Both the position numbers and the translations under genes were made by a program. Shown piece by piece: positions 51,032 to 61,841 of a stretch of DNA of 64,000 bases. This DNA comes from an uncultured Alphaproteobacteria bacterium. Lineage in GTDB: Bacteria > Pseudomonadota > Alphaproteobacteria > Rhizobiales > Xanthobacteraceae. A model generated the notes under the pieces. The model worked only from the letters and a program-made list of their open reading frames with translations, was not told where the DNA came from and did no database searches. Location: assembly GCA_963734185.1 (NCBI GenBank), contig CAVTGA010000001.1:386711-450710 (forward strand), in the 5' to 3' direction. How positions within the stretch are numbered: position 1 is the first letter of the stretch; every line of letters starts with the position of its first letter.

Positions 51032-51778
51032 TCACCCCCGTCCGACGAACGGCATCTTGGTCGCCATCACGGTCATGAACAGCACGTTGGCCTCGAGCGG
51101 CAGCGAAGCCATATAGGCGACCGCGCTGCCGACATGATCGGCGTCCATGCGCGGCTCCGGCTTCATCTGCCCGTCGGGCTGCAGCACGCCCGCGACCATG
51201 CGCTCGGTCATCGGGGTCGCCGCGTTGCCGATGTCGACCTGCGAGCAGGCGATGTCGTAGGCGCGCCCGTCGAGCGCGGTCGACTTGGTCAGGCCGGTGA
51301 CCGCGTGCTTGGTCGAGGTGTAGGCGGCCGAGCGCGGGCGCGGGGTATGCGCGGAGATCGAGCCGTTGTTGATGATGCGCCCGCCGCGCGGGTTCTGGTC
51401 CTTCATGATCTTGAAGGCTTCCTGGGTGCAGACGAAGAGGGCGGTGAGGTTGGTGTCGACGACCTCCTTCCACTTCTCCACCGGAAGCTCCTCGAACGGC
51501 ACCGGCGGTGCGCCCATGCCGGCATTGTTGAACAACACGTCGAGCCGGCCATAGGTCTCCTTCACCTTGGCGAACAGTGCGCGGATCGAAGCGACATCGC
51601 GGACATCGGTCGGCACCACTAGGGATGTGGCCGGCGCGCCCTCGCGCGCGGTCTCCTCCAGCGGCTCCCTGCGCCGCCCGGCCAGCGCCACCGCGTAGCC
51701 AGCCTTCATCAGCGCCAGCGCGGCGGCCTTGCCGACGCCGGTGCCCGCACCCGTGACGATCGCGACCTTTGCAGTCAT
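51032..51778 (-). CDS. SDR-family oxidoreductase
   Basis: Start at [18 protein letters not shown] (TGxxxGxG), catalytic YxxxK motif (YTSTKHAV) and NNAG motif. Confidence 0.8.
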   Translation of the reverse strand: MTAKVAIVTGAGTGVGKAAALALMKAGYAVALAGRRREPLEETAREGAPATSLVVPTDVRDVASIRALFAKVKETYGRLDVLFNNAGMGAPPVPFEELPVEKWKEVVDTNLTALFVCTQEAFKIMKDQNPRGGRIINNGSISAHTPRPRSAAYTSTKHAVTGLTKSTALDGRAYDIACSQVDIGNAATPMTERMVAGVLQPDGQMKPEPRMDADHVGSAVAYMASLPLEANVLFMTVMATKMPFVGRG

Positions 51779-51914
51779 GTCCGCAAGCCCTCCCTGTTGC
51801 GTGGCCGAGCCAACAGGCAAAGCGGGGAAGTTTCAAGGGGGAAAGCCAACGCCCAGGGCTTCGCGGACTGGCTGCCCAACGCCTCGGCGTCCGAGATCGA
51901 AGACTATGGAAGGG

Positions 51915-54209
51915 TCAGCCGGCGGCGGCCTGCGGCGCCGCTTGCGCCTTGTCCACCTGCGCGCTGCGGCGCTCGTCGATGACCGACGCCGGCGCCGGCT
52001 TGCCGAAGCGATAGCCCTGCATCGAGTGCACGCCGGCGGCGCGCAGGAACAGCTGCTGCTCGGCGGTCTCGACGCCCTCCGCGGTCACCTTCATGCCGAG
52101 GCCGCGGCCGAGCGAGACGATGGCATGCACGATCGAGGCGGCGTCCGCCGCGGTTTCGATCGAGTGCACGAAGCTGCGGTCGATCTTGATGCGGTCGAAC
52201 GGGAAGCGGCGCAGGTATAGCAGGCTCGAATAACCGGTGCCGAAGTCGTCGAGCGCGAACTTGATGCCTTGCGCCTTGAGCCGGCGCATGGCGCTCTCGG
52301 CATTGTCGACGTTGCCGAGCAGGGTGGTTTCGGTCAGCTCCAGCTCGAGCCGCTGCGGTTCGAAACCGGTGTCGGCGATGGTGCGCTCGATCATCTCGGC
52401 GAAATCCGGCCGGCGGAACTGCAGCGGCGACACGTTGACGGCGAGCGTCAGCCCGGGCCAGGCCTTGGCCTCCAGGCAGGCGCGGCGCAGCACCCATTCG
52501 CCGAGCGGGATGATGAGCTCGCTGCGCTCCGCGATCGGGATGAACTGCGCCGGGGTCACATCGCCGCGCTCGCGGTGATGCCAGCGGCAGAGCGCCTCGA
52601 CGCCGGCCATCTTCTCGCCGCTCGCGTTCATGATCGGCTGGTAGGCGATGCTCAGCCCGCCGCTCGCGATCGCGTCGCGCAGGTCGTTCTCGAGCTGCTT
52701 GCGTTCGCGCAGGTCGGCGTCCATGTCGGCGTCGTAGATGCAGGCGCGGTTGCGGCCTTCGTTCTTGGCGCGGTAGAGCGCGACGTCGGCGCGGCGCATG
52801 ATGTCGGCGGCCGCGCCCGAACGACGGTCGATCACCGCGATGCCGATGCTGGCGCCGATCACGAGCGTATGGCCGACGACGTCGTAGGGCGCGCGCAATG
52901 CCTCGATCAGGCGTTGCGCGATCTCGTCGAGCGCGGTGAGATCGGCGACCTCGGTCGTGATCACGGCGAACTCGTCGCCGCCGAGCCGGGCCACGAGATC
53001 GCCGCTGCGCAAGGTGCGGACGAGCCGCTGCGCGACCGAACGGATCAGGCCGTCGCCGATGTGGTGGCCGAGGGTGTCGTTGATGTCCTTGAAGTGGTCG
53101 AGGTCGATCGAGAGCACGGCCGCGAGGGATGCGTCGCGCCCGGCCTCGTCCATGGCCGCGGCCAGACGTTCGCCGAAATAGGTGCGGTTCGGCAGGTCCG
53201 AGAGCGGATCGTGCATGGCGAGATGACGCAACTGATCTTCGCCCGCCGCGATGGTGGCGGCGGTCCGGCGGATGTAGTGCAGCACGAACGCCGCCAGCAG
53301 CACGAAGGCGCCGAGCGCGACCGCGAGGAACGGCAGCACGTTGGCGACGATCTCCGCGCCCGGCCGCTTCGGCGTCCAGGAAAAGCGCGCGATCAACTGG
53401 CCTTGCGAGTCGTTGAGCTCGATCAGCTTTTCGTCGGGCGCGAGCTGATTTGCCTGGACGTAGCGCAGGTTGGCGAGTTCCGTGCGCGCGGAAATCTCGG
53501 CCAGAAGCACCTCATCGATGAATTTCAGCGTCAGCACGATGAACGAATTCGCGAGCGCCGGCGCCGCCGGGTCGGCCGCATTGAGGACCACGCCGGCCGC
53601 GACCGCCGGGCGGTTCATGATCGTGAGCACTTTGGCGATGCGGCGCGGCCGCTCGACCGCGGTCACCGGATTGCGTGCTGCCGTGCGGATCGAATCGAGC
53701 GAGCCGGCAACGGGACGGCCGCGCAGGTGATCGATCATCGGAGCGAGTTCGGGGCGGATGCCGTTGAAACGGCGCGGCTCGGCGCTGGTGTTGCCGAGCA
53801 GCGCATAGACGAACTGGTCGCTGGCGTCGGCGACGAAGACGAACTCATGCGCAAAGAAGGTCTTGAGCCACAAGCCGAGGCGATTGTGGATCCAGTCGGT
53901 GTCCAATGGTCCCTGCACGCTGCGCAGCATGCGCGGCGAGGCCGACACGCTTTCGAGCTCGCGCAGCACGCGCTCGCGCTGGTCGACGATGGCGTTGAGG
54001 AACAGCTGCCGCTCGTGATTGAGCGATCCCTCGTCGGCGCGTTGCGCCGAGGTCAGCACCGCGACGACGATGCAGACGATCGCGACCGCGACGATCAGGC
54101 CGATCGGCGCGACAACGCCGCCGCGTGCGCGATCCCCTGCGCGCCGCCGGCGTCGACCCTCAATTCGTGCCCGAACGCTTCTCCACACGGGCGTCCCTCG
54201 GCTCCCCAC
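51915..54209 (-). CDS. sensor diguanylate cyclase/phosphodiesterase (periplasmic sensor domain, GGDEF and EAL)
   Basis: Two helices flank a roughly 250-aa periplasmic domain. A GGDEF domain (RLGGDEFAV) and an EAL domain (EALCRW…, DDFGTGYSSL) follow. Confidence 0.8.
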   Translation of the reverse strand: MGSRGTPVWRSVRARIEGRRRRRAGDRARGGVVAPIGLIVAVAIVCIVVAVLTSAQRADEGSLNHERQLFLNAIVDQRERVLRELESVSASPRMLRSVQGPLDTDWIHNRLGLWLKTFFAHEFVFVADASDQFVYALLGNTSAEPRRFNGIRPELAPMIDHLRGRPVAGSLDSIRTAARNPVTAVERPRRIAKVLTIMNRPAVAAGVVLNAADPAAPALANSFIVLTLKFIDEVLLAEISARTELANLRYVQANQLAPDEKLIELNDSQGQLIARFSWTPKRPGAEIVANVLPFLAVALGAFVLLAAFVLHYIRRTAATIAAGEDQLRHLAMHDPLSDLPNRTYFGERLAAAMDEAGRDASLAAVLSIDLDHFKDINDTLGHHIGDGLIRSVAQRLVRTLRSGDLVARLGGDEFAVITTEVADLTALDEIAQRLIEALRAPYDVVGHTLVIGASIGIAVIDRRSGAAADIMRRADVALYRAKNEGRNRACIYDADMDADLRERKQLENDLRDAIASGGLSIAYQPIMNASGEKMAGVEALCRWHHRERGDVTPAQFIPIAERSELIIPLGEWVLRRACLEAKAWPGLTLAVNVSPLQFRRPDFAEMIERTIADTGFEPQRLELELTETTLLGNVDNAESAMRRLKAQGIKFALDDFGTGYSSLLYLRRFPFDRIKIDRSFVHSIETAADAASIVHAIVSLGRGLGMKVTAEGVETAEQQLFLRAAGVHSMQGYRFGKPAPASVIDERRSAQVDKAQAAPQAAAG

Positions 54210-54339
54210 TCCATGGAAGCCGCGAGCCTACGTCCAAGAGCTTGTGAAAGCTTTGTTATCGGGGTGGCGCGGGGCGGAACCGCGAGCCAGGCGCGCGAAT
54301 TCGCGCGGTGTGACTAACGCAAGGTAAATCGCCCGCCGG

Positions 54340-55086
54340 TTACTGCGGGTTCATGTAGGGCGGGCGCGGAATCGCGATATGGCTCGCGCGCAACGCCTTC
54401 GACCAGCGCTCGCGCAGGTCGGCGAAATAAGGTTCCCCCGGCTCGATGCGGTAGGACAGTTCCGCATCGCAGACGTCACGCCGGACCACCGCGATATCGA
54501 TCGGCATGCCCACGGTCAGGTTCGAGCGCATGGTGGAGTCCATGGAGATGAGGCCGATCTTGAGCGCGTCATGGAGGTCCATGTCATGGACGATGGCGCG
54601 GTCGAGTACGGGCTTGCCGTACTTGTACTCGCCGATCTGCAGATAGGGCGTATCCTTGGTGCATTCGATGAAATTGCCGGCGGTATAGATCATGAACAGC
54701 CGCAACGGGCCGCCTTTGATCTGGCCGCCGAACAGGAAGGAGACCTCGAACTTGACATCGGCGGCCTCGAATGCCGGCCCTTCGATGTCGTGAACCATGC
54801 GGATCACGTGGCCGACGCGTTTGGCCGCCTGGAACATGGTCGGGGCATTCTGCAGCGTTTCGACCTCGCCCGTCGCCTCGTTCTTCACGCCTTCATTGAG
54901 CATGCTCCCCACACTCTGGCTGATCGAGAGATTGCCGGCGGAAGCCAGCGCCATGACGCGCTCGCCGGGCATCTTGACGAGATTGAGCTTGCGGAACGTG
55001 GAGATGTTGTCGACGCCGGCGTTGGTACGCGTGTCCGAGATCATCACAAGACCGTCGCGCACGAGAATCCCGCAACAATAGGTCAT
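54340..55086 (-). CDS. proteasome-type protease Anbu (ancestral β-subunit)
   Basis: Start at MTYCCGILVRDGLVMISDTRTN, with the catalytic Thr near the N-terminus. It is the last gene of an ATP-grasp / alpha-E / transglutaminase operon. The ORF track extends it upstream to 55464. Confidence 0.7.
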   Translation of the reverse strand: MTYCCGILVRDGLVMISDTRTNAGVDNISTFRKLNLVKMPGERVMALASAGNLSISQSVGSMLNEGVKNEATGEVETLQNAPTMFQAAKRVGHVIRMVHDIEGPAFEAADVKFEVSFLFGGQIKGGPLRLFMIYTAGNFIECTKDTPYLQIGEYKYGKPVLDRAIVHDMDLHDALKIGLISMDSTMRSNLTVGMPIDIAVVRRDVCDAELSYRIEPGEPYFADLRERWSKALRASHIAIPRPPYMNPQ

Positions 55087-55162
55087 GGCACCGTCCCGCC
55101 TTCCGCTAGGCTTATAACGGCCCCGACGCCGCCATCGCAACGCGGTCTGCGGAGCAGGGGCA

Positions 55163-55996
55163 TCAACTCTGCATTTGCCGCGCCGCCTGGTCGACGACGA
55201 CCTTGACCTCCATCGACTCTTCCCCGCCGCCGTAGCGGGTGCCGCGGACGGGTGAAGCGCCGAGATAGTCGAGCCCGACCGCGACCCGCACGTGGGCCTC
55301 GGTCGCGCACACCCCGTTGGCGGGATCGAAGGCGACCCAGCCCAGTCCCGCGACGTGCGCCTCGGCCCAGGCGTGCCCCGCGTCCTGGTTGACCACGCCG
55401 TCGAGGCGATGGAAATAACCGCCGACATAGCGTGCCGGGATATCGAGATAGCGTGCCGCCGCAATGAACACGTGGGTGAGGTCCTGGCAGACCCCGCGCT
55501 TGAGCGCGTAGGCCTCGGCCGCGGTGGTCTCGGTGCGGGTCGGGGTGGTATCGTAGGCCATCTCGCGGTTTATGCGCTCGAGCAGGGCGTGCAGCAGCGC
55601 GAGCGAGGCCGGGCCCGCGCCCGCACGCACCTCGCGCGCGAGATCGACGATCGCCGCATCGGTCGCGGTCAGCGGTGTTTCGCGCAGATAGAGGCTCGGC
55701 GGAAAACGCTCGACCGCGCCGTGCACGACGCCGCCGGTGTCGCGCGTCTCGATCTCGCCTGCCACCAGTACGCCGAGGTCGTCGAGCGGCCCGTCGGCCG
55801 TGAACGCGTGCGTGATGTTGCCGAACGCGTCTTCGCGCACGTCGAGCCGGCAGTCGGCCGACAGCTCGATGCGCCAGTCGACGACGAACTGGCCGTCGTG
55901 GTTGCGCGGGGTCAGCCGCAGCGTCTGGATCACGCCGTTGGCGGGCGTATCGTAGTGATAGCTGGTGTCATGCGAGACGCGGATGCGCATGGCCAA
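55163..55996 (-). CDS. transglutaminase-like family protein
   Basis: Bacterial TG_N domain plus a transglutaminase core (…RGVCQDLTHVFIAAARYLDIPARYVGGY…HAWAEAHV…). Confidence 0.75.
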   Translation of the reverse strand: MAMRIRVSHDTSYHYDTPANGVIQTLRLTPRNHDGQFVVDWRIELSADCRLDVREDAFGNITHAFTADGPLDDLGVLVAGEIETRDTGGVVHGAVERFPPSLYLRETPLTATDAAIVDLAREVRAGAGPASLALLHALLERINREMAYDTTPTRTETTAAEAYALKRGVCQDLTHVFIAAARYLDIPARYVGGYFHRLDGVVNQDAGHAWAEAHVAGLGWVAFDPANGVCATEAHVRVAVGLDYLGASPVRGTRYGGGEESMEVKVVVDQAARQMQS

Positions 55997-55997
55997 C

Positions 55998-56942
55998 CTA
56001 ACTCAAATACTGTTCGCTGATCATCGCGCCGAGCTGGTTGTTGTTGGCGACGAATTCGCCGATGAACTCGTGCAGGCCCTGCTGGAAGATCTCCTCCATG
56101 CGGCTGTTCTGGAAGCGCGTGCGCACGGAACGGGCATGGCGCTGGGCCGGTCCCTGGCGGCCGTAGAGGCGGGCGATGTTGTCGAGATGCTCGACCAGAT
56201 GGGCATAGCAGCTCGCGAGCGAGCGCGGCATCTGGTCGTTGACGATAAGCAGGTCGGCGACCAGCCACGGCTTGACGCTCTCGCGATAGACCCAATGGTA
56301 GGAAGTGAGCGCCGACACCGAGCGCAGGATCGCGGCCCACTGGAAATAGTCGAGCGGTCCGCCGACGTGTTCGTGCGCTGGCAGCAGCATGTGATACTTG
56401 ACGTCGAGAATACGCGCGGTGTTGTCGGCGCGCTCGATGAACACGCCAAGGCGGGAGAACCAGTAGGCGTCGTTGCGCAGCATGGTGCGGTAGGCCGAGC
56501 CGTCATAGCGCAGCCCCGCCTCCTGCACCGAGCGCAGGAAATGGGCGAGATCCTCGCGCGAGACCGGGCCTGCGCCGTAGCGCTTGAGTTCGAGCCATGC
56601 GCCGTTGATCGCGTCCCACATCTCCATCGTGAGCGCCGTGCGCACCGAGCGCGCGTTGGTGCGGGCCACCTCGAAACAGGAACGGATCGAAGAGGGATTG
56701 TCGGGCGAAAAGGCGAGGAAGCCGGTGACGGTTTCCTCGTTCGCTTCCTTGTGGGCGGCAAAGAACGTCGTGGCGCAGCCGGCGGTCGCGACCGCCGATT
56801 CCCACTCGTTGGTCGCGCTGCCGCCGTAGGCGGTCGGCACGGCGGTGAGGCGCTGCGTCGCTTCGAGGATGCGCGCGAGATACTCGGCGCGCTCGATGTA
56901 GCGCGAGAGCCAATAGAGGTTGTCGGCGGTGCGCGCGAGCAT
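55998..56942 (-). CDS. alpha-E domain protein
   Basis: 314 aa starting MLARTADNLYWLSRYIERAEYLARILE…. Confidence 0.75.
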   Translation of the reverse strand: MLARTADNLYWLSRYIERAEYLARILEATQRLTAVPTAYGGSATNEWESAVATAGCATTFFAAHKEANEETVTGFLAFSPDNPSSIRSCFEVARTNARSVRTALTMEMWDAINGAWLELKRYGAGPVSREDLAHFLRSVQEAGLRYDGSAYRTMLRNDAYWFSRLGVFIERADNTARILDVKYHMLLPAHEHVGGPLDYFQWAAILRSVSALTSYHWVYRESVKPWLVADLLIVNDQMPRSLASCYAHLVEHLDNIARLYGRQGPAQRHARSVRTRFQNSRMEEIFQQGLHEFIGEFVANNNQLGAMISEQYLS

Positions 56943-56943
56943 G

Positions 56944-58362
56944 TCAGGCGTCCAGCACCCAGGTATCCTTCGTGCCGCCGCCCTGGCTGGAATTGACCAC
57001 CAGCGAGCCCTTCTGCAGCGCGACGCGGGTGAGGCCGCCCGGCACGATGCGAATGCGGTCGCGGCCGGTCAGCACGAACGGGCGCAGATCCACGTGGCGG
57101 GGTGCGAGCCCGTCCTCGACGCAGGTCGGCACCGTCGAGAGCGCCAAGGTCGGCTGCGCGATGAAGCCGCGCGGATCGCGTTTGAGCTTGTCGCGAAAGG
57201 CGGCGAGCGTGGCCTTGTCGGCTTTCGGTCCGATCAGCATGCCGTAGCCGCCCGAACCGTGCACCTCCTTCACGACCAGCTCGTCGAGCTTGTCGAGCAC
57301 GTAGGAGAGGTGCTCGGGCTCGCGGCAGCGCCAGGTCGGAACGTTCTTCAGAATCGGCTCCTCGGAGAGATAGAACTTCACGATCTCCGGCATGTAGCTG
57401 TAGACCGCCTTGTCGTCGGCGATCCCGGTGCCGACCGCGTTGGCGAGGGTCACATTGCCGGCCATGTAGGCCGACATGATGCCGGGCACGCCGAGCGCGG
57501 AATCGGGGCGGAAGGCGAGCGGATCGAGGAAATCGTCGTCGATGCGGCGATAGATCACGTCGACGCGTTTGAGGCCTTCGGTCGTGCGCATATAGACGAC
57601 CTCCCCTTTGACCAGGAGGTCGCGGCCCTCGACCAGCTCGATGCCGAGCTTGTCGGCCAGGAACGAGTGCTCGTAATAGGCCGAGTTGTAGATGCCGGGG
57701 CTCAGCAGCACCACGGTCGGCTCGCCTGCGGCGGTCGAAGGAGCGGCGGAGCGCAACGTCGCCAGCAATTCGTCCGGGTAGTTCTCGACCGGCGCGACGC
57801 GATGGCGCGCGAACAACTCGGGGAACAGCCGCAGCATGATCTCGCGGTTCTCCAGCATGTAGGAGACGCCCGAGGGTGTGCGGGCATTGTCCTCGAGCAC
57901 GTAGAAGGTGTCGGCGTCGACCCGTACGATGTCGATGCCGGCGATGAACACGTAGATATCGTGCGGGACCTTCTGACCGTTCATCTCCGGACGAAACACC
58001 GGATTCTGGAACACGAGGTCTTCGGGCACGATCCCGGCATGCAGGATCTCGCGCTTGGAATAGATGTCCTTGATGTAGAGGTTGATCGCCCGGGTGCGCT
58101 GCTCCAGCCCGCGGCTGAGCGTGTCCCATTCCTTGGCGGAGAGGATGCGCGGGACGACGTCGAAGGGGATCAGCCGTTCCTGGGCCTCGGCTTCCCCGTA
58201 GACCGCAAACGTGATGCCGATGCGGCGAAACAGCAGCTCGGCCTCGCGCTGGCGCTGCTCGAGGAGCTCGGGCGGCACCTGGGCGAGCCACGCCGAGAGC
58301 TCGCGGTAGGACGGGCGCAACTGCCCATCCGCCCCATTCATCTCGTCGAACGCAACCACCAT
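56944..58362 (-). CDS. circularly permuted type-2 ATP-grasp protein
   Basis: 472 aa (…RPSYRELSAWL…GIELVEGRDLLVKGEVVYMRTTEGLKRVDVIYRRIDDDFLDP…). Confidence 0.75.
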   Translation of the reverse strand: MVVAFDEMNGADGQLRPSYRELSAWLAQVPPELLEQRQREAELLFRRIGITFAVYGEAEAQERLIPFDVVPRILSAKEWDTLSRGLEQRTRAINLYIKDIYSKREILHAGIVPEDLVFQNPVFRPEMNGQKVPHDIYVFIAGIDIVRVDADTFYVLEDNARTPSGVSYMLENREIMLRLFPELFARHRVAPVENYPDELLATLRSAAPSTAAGEPTVVLLSPGIYNSAYYEHSFLADKLGIELVEGRDLLVKGEVVYMRTTEGLKRVDVIYRRIDDDFLDPLAFRPDSALGVPGIMSAYMAGNVTLANAVGTGIADDKAVYSYMPEIVKFYLSEEPILKNVPTWRCREPEHLSYVLDKLDELVVKEVHGSGGYGMLIGPKADKATLAAFRDKLKRDPRGFIAQPTLALSTVPTCVEDGLAPRHVDLRPFVLTGRDRIRIVPGGLTRVALQKGSLVVNSSQGGGTKDTWVLDA

Positions 58363-58719
58363 CCACTTGCCTCAGGGGCTGGGTGTACGCCGTCGCCCTC
58401 GCGGGAGCGGTCCGCCCACTCTGGTGCAACAGTCTATTTGCAAGCGCCGCGCCAGTGGAAGGCACGCTCGCGACAAGGCCGAGTGGTGGCAGGCAGAGGG
58501 CGCGTTGCCCGGGACTTGCGCGCCCGCGGATAGGTAAGGCAAAAAAGGTAATCGAATCCGACCACTTAGCGCGCATTTGCGCTAGGATCGCAGAGCTCGA
58601 ATCACTGGCGGCAGGAGAGCCGAGCCTCGCAGCAAGGAACTTTCGCCCCAATCGGAAATTGTTCGTTGTGCCGTAGTCCACTCGCCGCGACCCCCGCAAG
58701 GGGAGACAGGAGGGCACCC

Positions 58720-59130
58720 GTGGGACAGTCCGACAAGCTGATGCCGATTGCGCTCATCGTGGAGGATGATCCCGATCTGCGCGAGCTCGCCGCCGCGTTG
58801 CTGGAGGAAACCGAGCTGAAAGTGATGGAGTGCGCCACCGCCGAAGAGGCGCTGGTGACGATGTGCACGCACGGCAACGAGGTCGCGTTGATCTTCGCCG
58901 ACATCCGCCTGCCCGGCCTGATCGACGGGATCGATCTCGCCCGCAAGGCGCGGGCGCTGTGGCCGCGGGTGCGGATCATCATCACGTCGGGCAATCCCGG
59001 GAATCGGGTCGATTCGCTCCCGGAAAATGCCATCTACATGCAGAAGCCGTGGCGCGCGCTCGAAGTGCTGATGGAAGCCGAACGTGCCGCCGCCACCGCG
59101 CAGGCCGATCAAGGAACTGTGCGGGCTTAG
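58720..59130 (+). CDS. single-domain response regulator (CheY-like receiver)
   Basis: GTG start with an AGGAGGG RBS. Receiver motifs IALIVEDDPDLRE…FADIRLPG…ITSG are present. Confidence 0.65.
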   Translation: MGQSDKLMPIALIVEDDPDLRELAAALLEETELKVMECATAEEALVTMCTHGNEVALIFADIRLPGLIDGIDLARKARALWPRVRIIITSGNPGNRVDSLPENAIYMQKPWRALEVLMEAERAAATAQADQGTVRA

Positions 59131-60983
59131 ATCGCGATCACCTCCCCATCCGGCCGCTGCGCCAACACGCGCGCCACGTCCGCGTTGCGTCGCTCCAGGG
59201 CGAGACGCTGATTGACGTAGCCCTTGTCGGTGATCTCGTTGGCGTCGATCGAGGGCGCGTCGGGCAACAGCAGGACGCGGGCGATACGCTCGGACGAGCC
59301 GGGGTGGGCGGCGTTCCAGCGCGCGAGCGCGGCCGCGACGTGTGAACGCACAACCGGATGGCGGGCGATCTCGGGCAGCGTCGTCGGCGCTGTTTCGCCG
59401 ATCAGCTTTTGGCAGCCGGCGGTATTGAGCCAGGCGAGGAGGGCGATGTGTTCGCGATCCGCGCCGGCGACGATCGCGTCCTGCAGCGCCGGCGAGCAGG
59501 CGGCAAGGATGCCGACGCGCAAGGCCCCGACGTGTACCCAGGTGCCGGTCGCGAGTTTGAAGTCTTCGGCCAGGCGGCCGTCGAACACGATGCCGCGGGC
59601 CGGATCGTTCGGGTCGGCGAACGTCACCGCGTCGCCGGGCTTGTAGAATCCCTCCGCATCGAAGGCATCGGCCGTGAGGTCCGGCCGCTTCCAGTAGCCC
59701 GGGCTCACATTCGGCCCGCGCACGCGGATTTCGAGCTTGTCGCCGCTCGGCACGAGCTTCACGTCGACGCCGGGCACCGGCACGCCGATCACGCCGGCCC
59801 GCTCGATGAGGAAGTGCGCCGAGGTCGCGAGCGGCGCGGTCTCGGTCGTGCCCCATGCCGACGTCATCGGGACGCGTTGGCCGGTCGCGCGCACCGACAC
59901 CGCCTCGAGCCGCTCCCACAGGTCCTGCGGCAGCGAGGCGCCGGCATAGAAGATCAGCTTCAGCCGCGCGAAGAACGAACGGGCGAAATCCTCGTCGCGC
60001 TCGAGCCGCGGCAGCAGCGCCGCATAGCCGGCCGGCACGTTGAAATAGATGGTCGGGGAGATCTCGGTCAGGTTGCGTACCGTCTCGCCGATCATGGCGG
60101 GCAGCGGCCGGCCGCCGTCGATGGTGAGCGTGCCGGCGTGACGCAGGATCAGATTGAAATTGTGATTGCTGCCGAAGGTATGGTTCCAGGGCAGCCAGTC
60201 GACCAGCACCGGCGGTTCCTCGGTGAGGAATGGCCACACCTGCAGCATCTGCTGCTGGTTCGCGGTGAGCATGCCGTGGGTGTTGATGACCGCCTTCGGC
60301 AGGCCGGTCGAGCCGGAGGTGAACAGGAATTTCGCGATTCGATCGGCGCCGAGGGCGGCGACCGTCCGCTCGACCGCAGGATCAGGCGCGGTCTGCGTCA
60401 ACTGTTGGAACGGCGTGACACCGTCCAAATTCGCCCCGTTGCGGCTGGCCACGATTTCCGTCGCGGCGAGATCGAGCGCGGCGAGCGCCTTGGCGAAAGG
60501 AGCGGTGTCGGCGACATAGACCAGGCCCGGCTCGAGCAGTTCGGTGATGTGCTTGAGCTTGGCGTGATCCTCGCTCTGCAGCGAGTAGGCGACCGAGATC
60601 GGCGCGACCGCCACGCCTGCGGTGTAGCCGGCGAGCATGAGCAGCCCGTGATCGACGCCGTTGCCCGACAGAATCATGACCGGCCGTTCGGCCGATAGGC
60701 CACGCGCCAGCAACGCGGCGGCGATGGCGTCGACCATGCGCCGCGCCTGTTCGTAGCTCACTTTGCGCCAGAGTTCCCCGGTGCGCTCGGCCAGAAAGGT
60801 GCGTCCGGGCGCCGCATCGACGGCGGCACGGAACAGCCGGGCGAGGTTGGGGTCGTAGCTGCGCAGGGCGTCGGCCGAATAGAGCCGGATCGAGCCGTCG
60901 GGCGCGCTTTCCCTCCGCACCCGTGCCGGCGCATAGGCGATCGGCCGGAACGGCGCCTTGTCCCGCGCGAGGCGGTCATGCAT
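59127..60983 (-). CDS. fcs: feruloyl-CoA synthetase-type AMP-dependent acyl-CoA ligase
   Basis: 618 aa with the AMP-binding motif FTSGSTGLPKAV. The overall architecture is Fcs-like (hydroxycinnamate catabolism). Confidence 0.7.
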   Translation of the reverse strand: MHDRLARDKAPFRPIAYAPARVRRESAPDGSIRLYSADALRSYDPNLARLFRAAVDAAPGRTFLAERTGELWRKVSYEQARRMVDAIAAALLARGLSAERPVMILSGNGVDHGLLMLAGYTAGVAVAPISVAYSLQSEDHAKLKHITELLEPGLVYVADTAPFAKALAALDLAATEIVASRNGANLDGVTPFQQLTQTAPDPAVERTVAALGADRIAKFLFTSGSTGLPKAVINTHGMLTANQQQMLQVWPFLTEEPPVLVDWLPWNHTFGSNHNFNLILRHAGTLTIDGGRPLPAMIGETVRNLTEISPTIYFNVPAGYAALLPRLERDEDFARSFFARLKLIFYAGASLPQDLWERLEAVSVRATGQRVPMTSAWGTTETAPLATSAHFLIERAGVIGVPVPGVDVKLVPSGDKLEIRVRGPNVSPGYWKRPDLTADAFDAEGFYKPGDAVTFADPNDPARGIVFDGRLAEDFKLATGTWVHVGALRVGILAACSPALQDAIVAGADREHIALLAWLNTAGCQKLIGETAPTTLPEIARHPVVRSHVAAALARWNAAHPGSSERIARVLLLPDAPSIDANEITDKGYVNQRLALERRNADVARVLAQRPDGEVIAI

Positions 60984-61061
60984 CGGCGTTTCCTACGGTG
61001 TCTTTGGCGCCGCGTTGATGCATTATAGAACGCGACAAGTCACCTCGCACGCAGGCCGAAC

Positions 61062-61841
61062 ATGACGCAAGCGCCCGATCCGGTCGTCACCGCCGCAATC
61101 CTCGTGATCGGCGACGAGATCCTGTCCGGACGCACCAAGGACAAGAACATCGGCTATATCGCCGAGTACCTGACCGCCATCGGCATCGATCTGAAGGAAG
61201 TGCGCGTGGTGGCGGACGAAGAGGCCGAGATCGTGGCGGCGCTCGACGCCCTGCGCACGCGCTACGGCTACGTGTTCACGACCGGCGGCATCGGCCCGAC
61301 CCATGACGACATCACCGCCGATGCCGTCGCCAAGGCGTTCGGCGTCACCATCGACTATGACCCGCGTGCGGTCGCGCTGATGAAGGAACGGTTCGCCGCC
61401 CGCGGCGTGGAGATGAACGAGGCGCGCATGCGCATGGCGCGGATCCCGGCCGGCGCCGATCTGGTCGAGAACAAGATGTCGGGCGCGCCCGGATTCATGA
61501 TCGGCAACGTGGTCGTCATGGCCGGAGTCCCATCGATCATGCAGGCGATGCTGGATGCGGCGGCGCCGCGGCTCAGGACCGGCGTGAAGATGCTGTCCGA
61601 GACGATCCGCGGCGACGTGCGCGAAGGCGACATCGGCACCGAGCTCGGTGAAATCGCGAAACTCCACCCGGATGTTTCGATCGGCAGCTACCCGTTCTTC
61701 GACGACAAGTTCGGCCCGAACACCAATCTGGTCATCCGCTCGCGCGATCCCGCAGCGCTGGCCGCCGCCAAGGCGGAGGTCGAAGCCATGCTCATGCGGG
61801 TACGGGCGGCGCTCGCGGCCCCGGCAGCGGCGGTACGCTGA
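61062..61841 (+). CDS. CinA-like molybdopterin-binding domain protein
   Basis: MoCF-biosynthesis fold (AAILVIGDEILSGRTKDKN…TTGGIGPTHDDIT). Confidence 0.7.
   Translation: MTQAPDPVVTAAILVIGDEILSGRTKDKNIGYIAEYLTAIGIDLKEVRVVADEEAEIVAALDALRTRYGYVFTTGGIGPTHDDITADAVAKAFGVTIDYDPRAVALMKERFAARGVEMNEARMRMARIPAGADLVENKMSGAPGFMIGNVVVMAGVPSIMQAMLDAAAPRLRTGVKMLSETIRGDVREGDIGTELGEIAKLHPDVSIGSYPFFDDKFGPNTNLVIRSRDPAALAAAKAEVEAMLMRVRAALAAPAAAVR

Noticed and set aside
52269-54317. 682-aa plus-strand ORF
   Set aside because: It is antisense to the GGDEF-EAL gene.
56021-58717. 898-aa minus-strand ORF
   Set aside because: It is an alternative frame overlapping the alpha-E and ATP-grasp genes. It is Arg/Pro/Ala-rich with no motifs.
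59358-60698. 446-aa plus-strand ORF
   Set aside because: It is antisense to fcs.
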